Assembly (NCBI GenBank): GCA_023150835.1
Contig: JAKLKB010000075.1
Span: 1 to 32,574 of the forward strand
Direction: 5' to 3'
DNA: 32,574 nt
DNA from: Myxococcota bacterium
Lineage (GTDB): Bacteria; Myxococcota_C; UBA6777
A model generated the notes under the pieces. That model was not told where the DNA came from, searched no databases, and saw nothing but the letters and a program-made list of their open reading frames with translations. The position numbers and the translations under genes are program-made. Positions 8,220-15,991 of this stretch are shown one piece after another; within the stretch, counting starts at the first letter, position 1, and each line of letters begins with the position of its first letter.

Positions 8220-8846
8220 ATGGGCATTTTGACTGGGAATATCTCTTATCGCCGCTATTTTGTGGAAGGCGAACTACCCCCGAAGATGCGCGAAACTTTT
8301 CTTGAGCGCGTGCAGATGTACACGATCCCTGTTCTTGATATCGAAAGTGAAGAGGAACAAGCCCACGGATGGGCCACAACGCAAAGCGTCCTTGATACCG
8401 AGTTCACCTTGGAAAAGCTGTTTTTCAACGAGTATATGTTGTTCACTTTCCGCGTGGATGCGTGGAAACTGCCTACGAGCTTGATCAAAGCCTACGCGAC
8501 CGAAGAAGAGCGCAACTTGATCGCCGAAGAGGGGCGCGATCAACTGACCCGCAAAGAGCGCAAAGCTTTGCGTGAAGAAGTGCGTTTGCGGCTCAAACGC
8601 CAATTACTCCCAACCATCGCGACTTACGATGTCTGTTGGCACCCCGATCAAGGAGTCTTGCGCTTTTGGAATCACTCCAACCGCACCAACGAATTGTTTG
8701 TCGAGCTTTTTGAAAAGACCTTTGGCTTGCATCTGGTGATGCAATCGCCCTACACACTCGCCCAACACGCCGGACTCGAAGACGACGATCTGCAAAAGAT
8801 GATCGCCCTTGAGCCACTGCTGTTTGCACACCACTCCCACGAATAG
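8220..8846 (+). CDS. rdgC: RdgC-family recombination-associated protein (N-terminal-type half)
   Basis: MGILTGNISYRRY, HGW, FRVDAWKLPTSLIK, LTRKERKALREEV..L, LFEKTFGL recalled as RdgC-like; GAGG RBS before ATG 8220. Confidence 0.7.
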   Translation: MGILTGNISYRRYFVEGELPPKMRETFLERVQMYTIPVLDIESEEEQAHGWATTQSVLDTEFTLEKLFFNEYMLFTFRVDAWKLPTSLIKAYATEEERNLIAEEGRDQLTRKERKALREEVRLRLKRQLLPTIATYDVCWHPDQGVLRFWNHSNRTNELFVELFEKTFGLHLVMQSPYTLAQHAGLEDDDLQKMIALEPLLFAHHSHE

Positions 8847-8857
8847 GAAACGCTCTC

Positions 8858-9388
8858 ATGGATCGCTTGTTGGCTATCGAACAAACCCGCTTTTTGGGCC
8901 GTGAATTCTTGCTTTGGTTGTGGTTTTCTTCCGAAGAACAAAAAAGTATGCTGCGGCTAGAAGATGGCGCAGAGATCGAGCTTTTTTTAGATGATCGCAT
9001 CGTGATGGAACCCGTTCATGGCGAAGGCAACCGCCACCAGTTAAGCGGCCAAGATCCCGCAACTTCGCCCGAAGCGGCTGTTGCGTTGCGGATGAACAAG
9101 ATCCCCTCCGAGGTCAAGATCAAGATCGTCCGTCAAGCCCAAGCATGGGCTTTTTCGTTGCGTGGAGACGATCTACAGATCCGCTCGCTCAAGATCCCCG
9201 ATGTGCTGTCGGATGGTGGCGATGAAAAAGTCGCGGAACGCCTGTTCTTGATGGAAGAAGTCGAGGCGATGCTTGCCGGCCTGTGGACGGCCTTTTTGCG
9301 CGAACGCATCGGCCAAGACTGGTCGATGCGTCTGCTGCGCATCCAAGGCTGGATCGATGAAAAGTTTCACGCCACGCCCTTGTCCTGA
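8858..9388 (+). CDS. Conserved hypothetical protein, probable RdgC C-terminal-type partner
   Basis: Starts 11 nt after the rdgC-like stop; FLGREFLLWLW ... EAAVAL ... WAFSL ... SLKIP ... ERLFL pattern. Confidence 0.6.
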   Translation: MDRLLAIEQTRFLGREFLLWLWFSSEEQKSMLRLEDGAEIELFLDDRIVMEPVHGEGNRHQLSGQDPATSPEAAVALRMNKIPSEVKIKIVRQAQAWAFSLRGDDLQIRSLKIPDVLSDGGDEKVAERLFLMEEVEAMLAGLWTAFLRERIGQDWSMRLLRIQGWIDEKFHATPLS

Positions 9389-9590
9389 GACCCACAGCGG
9401 GGGACTTTCCTTTTCGCTTTGCTGGTAAGGTATGCCGCCTTGATGCCCCTTGCTCTGAGGCCCTTGCTCGGGGGACTTTTCTTTTGCTGTGCGGTGGTCT
9501 ATAAACGCGGCGACTCTCGCGGAGCCTTCGCTATCGAAACGAAAAGTGCGGGGCCTGCCTCCGATATCTCCACGCCGAAAGGAAAGTGCG

Positions 9591-10451
9591 ATGAGTGCGA
9601 TCTTGGATGGAAAAGCGCTTGCACAAAAGCTGCGCCAAGAACTCAAGTCCGAAGTGGATGCTTTGATCGCAAAAGGCTGCGTACCCGGCCTCGACGTGAT
9701 CCTTGTGGGCGATGATCCCGCCTCCGAAGTGTATGTGCGCAACAAGCATCTCGCCTGCGAAAAAGTCGGTATCCGCTCCACCGTCCACAAGCTTCCCGCC
9801 GATACCCCCCAAGCCGATCTGGAAGCCTTGATCCAAACGCTGAATTCGGCTCCAGATGTCCACGGGATCTTGTTGCAACTGCCCTTGCCTCTAGGTTTAG
9901 ACGCCGATCCTGCGCTGCGCATGATCTCCCCCTCCAAAGACGTAGATGGCCTTCACCCCGATAATCTCGGCTTGTTGATGGCAGGACGACCCGGCTTGCG
10001 GCCCTGCACTCCGCTCGGTTGTCTCGCTCTTCTCGATAGCATCCCTTTCGATCTGAAAGGCAAACACGCCGTTGTCTTGGGCCGCAGTATCCTCGTGGGT
10101 AAGCCTGTTGCGCTGCTCTTGCTAGAGCGCCATGCCACCGTCACCCTCTGCCATTCTCGAACTCAAGATCTGCCACAGATCATCCACCAAGCCGATGTCT
10201 TGATCGCTGCGGTTGGAAAACCTCACCTTGTCCAATCAAACTGGCTCAAGTCGGGGGCCATCGTGCTGGATGTCGGAACCAATCGCCTCGAAGATGGCCG
10301 CCTTGTGGGCGATGTCGACTTTCAATCCGCCCAAGAGATCGCTTCGTACATCACTCCTGTTCCCGGTGGTGTCGGACCGATGACGATCACGATGTTGCTT
10401 TTCAATACCGTCCAAGCCGCCAAGACGATCTTCTCTTTGGTGGCTCGTTGA
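9591..10451 (+). CDS. folD: Bifunctional methylenetetrahydrofolate dehydrogenase/cyclohydrolase
   Basis: ILDGKALA, VGDDPASEVYVRNK, HGILLQLPLP, KDVDGLHP, PCTP, GRSILVGKP, TPVPGGVGPMT. Confidence 0.97.
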   Translation: MSAILDGKALAQKLRQELKSEVDALIAKGCVPGLDVILVGDDPASEVYVRNKHLACEKVGIRSTVHKLPADTPQADLEALIQTLNSAPDVHGILLQLPLPLGLDADPALRMISPSKDVDGLHPDNLGLLMAGRPGLRPCTPLGCLALLDSIPFDLKGKHAVVLGRSILVGKPVALLLLERHATVTLCHSRTQDLPQIIHQADVLIAAVGKPHLVQSNWLKSGAIVLDVGTNRLEDGRLVGDVDFQSAQEIASYITPVPGGVGPMTITMLLFNTVQAAKTIFSLVAR

Positions 10452-10528
10452 GCCTCCTCTATCCGCCTTTTCACGCTTTTTGATGACGGGCGGTGATCTC
10501 ACCCCACCCCAAACCAGTAGGTTCGCGT

Positions 10529-12970
10529 ATGCTTTGGCTTCTCATCGCCGCCATCTGCACCGTACTCCTTGTGATGGTGCTTTCTCCTTTCCGACAACCT
10601 TATTCCTTCGATGAATCCGTCTTTGGTGACGCTACACACAAAGAGATCCACGCTCGTCCCGAAGACCCCGACCCTTCCGCCGTTTCCGATGCCGCAGAAT
10701 ATCCCGCAGACCCCACAGTCCCCGCAGCATCGAAAGGCAAATCACAAACCACAACAGAAAAGAAGTCCACCGAAAAAAAGCCCACAGAAAAGAAGTCCGC
10801 TTCGTTGGGCGTGGTCTTTGGGTTGCTTTGGGTGGGGTCTGCGTGGGGTGCTCCTCCGTCTTCTCTTCCTACATCGCACCCCCGCTCGATAAAGCCTCCG
10901 CAGGCAAGACACCTTGCACCCGCTTCTCGTGAGGCTTTGCATGGAAGACGCCTTGCACCCGCTTCTCGCGAGACTTCGCGCACCAACAACACACCCGCAG
11001 CCGAACGGACAGAGAGCATTAAGATCGACGAGCAAGGTCTTTTGCGCCACAACACCCAACGCATCGATCTTGCGAACATGGTGCGCCTTGGCTTTGCATG
11101 GAAACAACAACAGCCCGCCCCGACGCTACGCCTGTTGATCCATCCTCGCGCACCCTACGGCGTGATCCGCACCGTACAAAGTGTGTTGCGTGGAACGGGC
11201 CTCTCCTTTACCGAAGAAACAGACCTTTCTGTCCCTTCCATCAGACAACTTCCCCCCACTCCGATCTCGCCCACAGCATCGGCTGATCCGACGCCTACAG
11301 CAAAGCCACAGCCTTCTCCTGCGCAAGAGGATCCAAGTCAGATCGCATGGCACACCGTTGCTCTTGCGACAGAGGCTGAACTCAAAACCCCCGCCAATCT
11401 GGAGATCCGTGCGCAACTGGTCTCGCCCCAAGGCCAACCCATCCCGTCCCTTGCAACGGGCATTACGCGCTACGTCGGAAAGCGACGCCAACCACTCGCT
11501 CGCCAACGCAGCAACGCCCTCGGATTGGTCCGCTACGCCATCCTCCGCACCCCACAAGATCACCTCCGCATCGCTGTTCTTTCCCCCCAAGGCTATCTCG
11601 AATTCCCCGTCCCGCTCCAAGACGCCGCCCAAGGGATCCTCTACCTTCAAATCCCCATCTCTCTCGCTCCCGCACAAGCCTCTGTTTCCGCAACAAACGC
11701 TGCGCGAATTCCTACGCCCTCGGTATCAAAAACCAAGCAGCCGCCCGCAGCATTATCGACCTCGAAGTCCACAAACGCCCCACCCTCGGCATCGCAGCCC
11801 ACGCAAACTCCCGTATCCTCGACGCAACGCCCGACACAGGCTACCTTGGGGGCGCAACAGCCCACGCAGACACCAACTCCTGCGCGGCCTGTGCCATCCA
11901 ACAATGCAGAACAGGCGCGTTTGGCGCGTATCCGCCCTGCGGAGATGCTTCCGCCTTCTGCCTCCAACGATCCGCTGTGGCAAAGCGTCCCCTTGGGTCG
12001 AGCCGAAGACCTCCCTGCATTCGGCGGGATCGAGTTGCGCGGTCGGATCTTTCTTGCGGATGGAGCGCCCGCTGCCGATATGCCCACAGGCTTGTTGCTG
12101 CGACAAACAGAGCGCCATAAGCCCATCGGGCGTTCGCGCACAGACAAACAAGGCCGCTTTCGTTACCTTGTTTCTCCCGATCGGACGAGGCTTTATGACG
12201 TGGTGGTACTCTACGCGAACCGCCTGCACCTACAGTCTTTGCCGCTACCTGCCGAACCCAAGCCTCTCCCCGATTACGTCTTACGCCTCGATCTTCGGGC
12301 TTTGCACAAGCTGTTTGCAGAAGGTGTGAGCATCGTCGTAGAGCGCCTTTCTTCGGAGGCTTTGCGGGTGACCCAATTTGTTTCGCTGTTGTTTCATCAG
12401 AATGACGCGAACACCAAGGCCGAGATCGTCTTGCCCCTGCCCTCAAACCACGCCAAAGTTGAACTCGACAAACAGATCGCCGCGTTCAAACCCAACGTCT
12501 TGCCTCGTTCGATTCAGTTTACCGCGTCCATGACTCCCGGGCGAAATCGCTTTGCTTACAGTTATTTGCTTCCATTGCAAGATGGGCGCAGCCAGATCGA
12601 TCTGCTTGTCGCTTTCCCAAGCGAACAAGTGGCTCTGTTTTTGGACCCTGCGCTGCGTCTCGATCCGCAACGTGCTTCAAGAACCGTCAAGCTCGGAGAT
12701 CCCGGACAAGAGCGAAACTTCGCGATGTTCCAATTGCCCTCTCTCAACCGACCGGGCCTTGCGCTTGCGCTTTCCATCGCCGATCCCACCTATGTCCCGC
12801 AAAGTCGACTCATGGCTTGGTTGCGCGAATGGAAGCAACAACCCAATAAACGCAACAAACTTCTCGGTCTATCCGTCCTTTTGGTGCTTTCTTTTCTCGG
12901 AGCCTTTTTGCTCCTTGCAAGCCCTTCTCCCCGCCCTACCGAATCCGAACGCAAAACCAAAACCGCGTGA
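10529..12970 (+). CDS. Hypothetical multidomain membrane protein: ExbD/TolR-like domain, two carboxypeptidase-regulatory/Ig-like domains, C-terminal TM
   Basis: N-terminal TM; second signal-like segment ending SAWGA; IKIDEQG ... LLIHPRAPYGVIRTVQSVLRGTG resembles an ExbD periplasmic domain; repeated G.P ... RTDKQGRFRY-type units; TM LLGLSVLLVLSFLGAFLLL. Confidence 0.65.
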   Translation: MLWLLIAAICTVLLVMVLSPFRQPYSFDESVFGDATHKEIHARPEDPDPSAVSDAAEYPADPTVPAASKGKSQTTTEKKSTEKKPTEKKSASLGVVFGLLWVGSAWGAPPSSLPTSHPRSIKPPQARHLAPASREALHGRRLAPASRETSRTNNTPAAERTESIKIDEQGLLRHNTQRIDLANMVRLGFAWKQQQPAPTLRLLIHPRAPYGVIRTVQSVLRGTGLSFTEETDLSVPSIRQLPPTPISPTASADPTPTAKPQPSPAQEDPSQIAWHTVALATEAELKTPANLEIRAQLVSPQGQPIPSLATGITRYVGKRRQPLARQRSNALGLVRYAILRTPQDHLRIAVLSPQGYLEFPVPLQDAAQGILYLQIPISLAPAQASVSATNAARIPTPSVSKTKQPPAALSTSKSTNAPPSASQPTQTPVSSTQRPTQATLGAQQPTQTPTPARPVPSNNAEQARLARIRPAEMLPPSASNDPLWQSVPLGRAEDLPAFGGIELRGRIFLADGAPAADMPTGLLLRQTERHKPIGRSRTDKQGRFRYLVSPDRTRLYDVVVLYANRLHLQSLPLPAEPKPLPDYVLRLDLRALHKLFAEGVSIVVERLSSEALRVTQFVSLLFHQNDANTKAEIVLPLPSNHAKVELDKQIAAFKPNVLPRSIQFTASMTPGRNRFAYSYLLPLQDGRSQIDLLVAFPSEQVALFLDPALRLDPQRASRTVKLGDPGQERNFAMFQLPSLNRPGLALALSIADPTYVPQSRLMAWLREWKQQPNKRNKLLGLSVLLVLSFLGAFLLLASPSPRPTESERKTKTA

Positions 12971-12978
12971 GCTCTATA

Positions 12979-14079
12979 TCAATCAGCCCCAAGGTCTCGG
13001 GCTGTTGTGTGGTGTCGCATCCAAAGATCCATGATCACCAAAGCGGCCATCGCATCGACGATAGGGACTGCACGAGGCACAACACACGGGTCATGTCGCC
13101 CAGCAGCTTCAAGATCGATCCTTTCTCCTGCTTTGTTGGCGGTCTCTTGGCGCTTTCGGATGGTCGAGACGGGCTTAAAGGCCACGCGAAAATAGAGCAA
13201 CTCGCCTGTGGAGATCCCCCCCAGTGTTCCGCCCGCATGGTTCGTGATGGGGCGGACGGCACCTGTGGCGTCCACCCCAAAAGCGTCGTTGTGTTGGCTG
13301 CCACGCCACGCAACCCCCGCAAAGCCTGAGCCGATCTCGAAGCCTTTGACCGCGTTGATGCTCAACATCGCTTTGCCCAGCTCTGCGGGGAGTTTGTCAA
13401 AGACAGGCTCTCCTAGCCCCGCAGGGACGCCTCGGATCTCCCCTCGTATCACACCCCCGACAGAATCGCCTTCGGACTGGACTTCTTCGATCAACGCGAT
13501 CATCTCTGCGGCCTTCGCTGCGTCAGGGCAACGCACCATATTCGCTTCGATATCTTCGATGAAAAGCTTTCCAAGCGGAAGCTCCGCCACGATCGGGCCG
13601 ACTTGTTGCACGTAACTCACAAAAGACACGCCGCAGCGCTCTCGTAGGTATTTTTGCGCGATCGCTCCCGCAGCCACCCGCGCCAAGGTTTCACGCGCTG
13701 AGGCTCGGCCGCTGCCTCGCCAGTCTCGCAGGCCATACTTTTTCTCGTACGTAAAATCCGCATGGCCCGGGCGATACACCGAAAGCAGCGCGTGATAGTC
13801 CGAAGAACGGGCATCTTTGTTGTGTGCCAGCAACAGGATCGGTGTTCCTGTGGTTTTGCCTTCAAATACACCAGACAATATCTGGATCTGATCTTCTTCT
13901 TTGCGAGGCGTTGTAATCGAGCTTTGACCCGGTCTTCGGCGATCCAAGGCGGGTTGGATATCGGCTTCCGACAAATCCAGTCCCGCAGGGCAACCATCCA
14001 CCACCGCGCCCACGGCTCCACCATGCGACTCGCCAAAGGTGCTCACTCGAAACATTTGACCCCACGTATTTCCCGCCAT
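12979..14079 (-). CDS. aroC: Chorismate synthase
   Basis: TFGESHG, RRRPGQS, RPGHAD, GRASARET, GRHDPCVVPRA. Confidence 0.98.
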   Translation of the reverse strand: MAGNTWGQMFRVSTFGESHGGAVGAVVDGCPAGLDLSEADIQPALDRRRPGQSSITTPRKEEDQIQILSGVFEGKTTGTPILLLAHNKDARSSDYHALLSVYRPGHADFTYEKKYGLRDWRGSGRASARETLARVAAGAIAQKYLRERCGVSFVSYVQQVGPIVAELPLGKLFIEDIEANMVRCPDAAKAAEMIALIEEVQSEGDSVGGVIRGEIRGVPAGLGEPVFDKLPAELGKAMLSINAVKGFEIGSGFAGVAWRGSQHNDAFGVDATGAVRPITNHAGGTLGGISTGELLYFRVAFKPVSTIRKRQETANKAGERIDLEAAGRHDPCVVPRAVPIVDAMAALVIMDLWMRHHTTARDLGAD

Positions 14080-14661
14080 CTTGTGCCTCCGTCGGGCTTT
14101 TCTGCTTGCCTACATTTCAACGCTATCGTTTTGTCGCTCACCGTCGACGACAGCCGCTCCTGTGCGCCCTCTGCTTTAACGTTTGTTGCGTTTCTTGCAC
14201 AGTCCCCCTGTTCGGTATCTATCGAAAACTCCGGCACATCGGCGTGTTTTGTCTCCATCAACAGACTGCTTGTGCTGAAGCATACGAAAAATTCTTTGAG
14301 CGTGGAAAAAGGCGGGTGCAGATATCTTGTGAGGGCGAGGTTTGATAGACGAGACAATGGAAGCAAAAGCAACGCAGTCTATTTTGATTTACCTTGCGAA
14401 GAGCAACGTTTTCTCAGTCGAGGTTTCAGACTTCGCCTGACGATTGTCAGTTGCCGAAAGAGCAGCCTAGAGGCGGAGATTTGACGAAAAAAATTTTTCT
14501 TTTGGGGGATTGACTGCGAAGAATGGCTTGACAACAGGCGATACGTGTTATACAAGCCTTTGTGTGGCTGTCAAACTTGTCAGCAAACCTCTCTTCTTCA
14601 ACTAAGAAGAACATTAAACTTGCAAGACCGATCATCTTGCAATGGCTACAAAGGAGTGATT

Positions 14662-15357
14662 ATGTCGGATAAAGCGGCAAAGAAGAAGATTCGCGTGGTA
14701 TTGGTGGACGATCACACGTTGGTGCGGGATGCGTTGATTCGTTTGTTGGAATCGGACAAAGATATCCAAGTGGTTGCAGGCGGTGGAACCGCAGCAGAAG
14801 CACAAAGCTTGGTCGAAAAACACAAGCCCGATGTTTTGATTATGGACATCGAACTCCCTGATCAAAATGGACTTGTGGCTGGCCGCGATCTGTTGCTCGA
14901 AAACCCCAAATTGAATGTGATCTTTTTGACCATGCACCACCACGAAGAATACGCGTTGCGTGGTTTGCGTGCAGGCGCACAAGGTTACTTGCTCAAGACT
15001 TCTTCTCCTCAAGAGTTGATCGAAGCCGTTCGCTCGGTGTCCGTCGGTGGAACCTACATCACCCGCGAGATCATCGATCGCATCGCTCGTCACGTCGCTC
15101 GCAATGGCGGTCAGCACGCGTTCACACAACTTTCCGAGCGTGAATTCCAAGTGCTTCGTGGCTTGGCGATGGGCAAAAGCTGCAAAGAACTTGCAGAAGA
15201 ATTCGCTCTCTCCGTCAAGACCATCTACACCTACCGCACGCGATTGCTCGAAAAATTGGACCTCAAAAACGATATCGATCTGCTCCGCTATGTGTTGCGT
15301 CATAACCTGCTCGCAGGCGAAGACGAGCCCATGCCGCTCAACAACCCCGCCGAGTGA
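14662..15357 (+). CDS. NarL/FixJ-family (UvrY/GacA-like) response regulator, REC + LuxR HTH; no kinase in the window
   Basis: AAGGAG RBS; VLVDDH, LIMDIELP, FLTMH, GAQGYLLK; LSEREFQV ... LSVKTIYTYRTRLLEKL. Confidence 0.93.
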   Translation: MSDKAAKKKIRVVLVDDHTLVRDALIRLLESDKDIQVVAGGGTAAEAQSLVEKHKPDVLIMDIELPDQNGLVAGRDLLLENPKLNVIFLTMHHHEEYALRGLRAGAQGYLLKTSSPQELIEAVRSVSVGGTYITREIIDRIARHVARNGGQHAFTQLSEREFQVLRGLAMGKSCKELAEEFALSVKTIYTYRTRLLEKLDLKNDIDLLRYVLRHNLLAGEDEPMPLNNPAE

Positions 15358-15391
15358 TCGTGATCGAAACTTCTCGCTTGTTGTGATAACC

Positions 15392-15437
15392 AAAAAAGGT
15401 GCCCGTCTGAATGGATGTGCGCCTTTTTTCTTTTTTT
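15392..15437 (+). terminator. Intrinsic terminator after the response regulator
   Basis: aaaaaaggtgc ... gcgcctttttt hairpin followed by T tracts. Confidence 0.7.
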
Positions 15438-15488
15438 GGGGTAGGCGTGACGTGGTTGTGGCTGTTTCTGTCAACGAGTCTTTTCTCT

Positions 15489-15617
15489 GTTTTTGTGGGG
15501 CTTTGCCCCGCGCCCCGCCATAGACTGTCGCCCCTTGACCCCGTTTCGGCGGAGTGAATAGAGATTTTTCAAACCGACGACTGCACCGCTTGAAGCCTTG
15601 CGAACACGGGGGTTTTT
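15489..15617 (-). repeat. Dispersed repeat family 2, copy 2
   Basis: Reverse complement aligns to 7083-7209 and 18718-18846. Confidence 0.8.
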
Positions 15618-15748
15618 ATCCGTTGTGTATTGGGTGTGTAGTTAAGTTGTCATCAGTGTCATGTTTTCTATCCATGCAACAGGGGTAAAAAGCAAGGGAG
15701 TCTTTTTCGCTCACGTTGCTTCGGGATGGAAAATCAGATCAGACAAAG

Positions 15749-15764
15749 CGGCACGATCTTTGCC
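15749..15764 (+). promoter_or_regulatory. Putative sigma54 (-24/-12) promoter
   Basis: CGGCACGATCTTTGC: GG at 15750-15751 and GC at 15762-15763, separated by exactly 10 nt (consensus TGGCAC-N5-TTGC). Confidence 0.65.
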
Positions 15765-15774
15765 ATGTCGCCAA

Positions 15775-15954
15775 TCAACTCACGGAAAGAGCAAAGCACA
15801 AGGAAGTGCTTTGGAAGGCATGGATGCACAACTCGGATCAAGAAGAAAGCGCCGTTAGACGCCCAAGGATAGGGAAGGAAGCGGCAAGGTAGAGCAAAGA
15901 ACCACGGACGGTTCGACAAAAAGGCCCTCTCGGTAGAATCGGGAGGGCCTTTTT
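15775..15954 (+). ncRNA. Candidate CsrA/RsmA-sequestering sRNA (CsrB/RsmZ-like architecture)
   Basis: Nine GGA motifs before the terminator, seven of them ANGGA; loop-displayed in ctc-ACGGAAA-gag, caaagcac-AAGGAA-gtgctttg, gc-ATGGAT-gc, ccc-AAGGATA-ggg, gaacc-ACGGAC-ggttc; bounded by a sigma54-type promoter and a terminator. Confidence 0.65.
15918..15954. terminator. Bidirectional intrinsic terminator (candidate sRNA and SpoIID gene)
   Basis: aaaaaggccctctcg-gtagaat-cgggagggccttttt. Confidence 0.85.
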
Positions 15955-15991
15955 GCGTTTGTGCGTTAGGTGGTGGAGTGTGGGGGGCGAG

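Noticed and set aside
9389-9590. THF or ZTP riboswitch upstream of folD
   Set aside because: Could not find the conserved motifs of either family by eye; an Rfam scan would settle it
14043-14372. 109-aa minus-strand ORF upstream of aroC
   Set aside because: Overlaps the aroC start and shows no recognisable motif or RBS
14528-14556. sigma70 promoter for the response regulator
   Set aside because: TTGACA is present but the best -10 (TATACA) is only 15 nt away; too ambiguous to list
15820-15858. 12-aa peptide MDAQLGSRRKRR inside the candidate sRNA
   Set aside because: Very short, and its ATG is part of a GGA hairpin motif; cannot be supported
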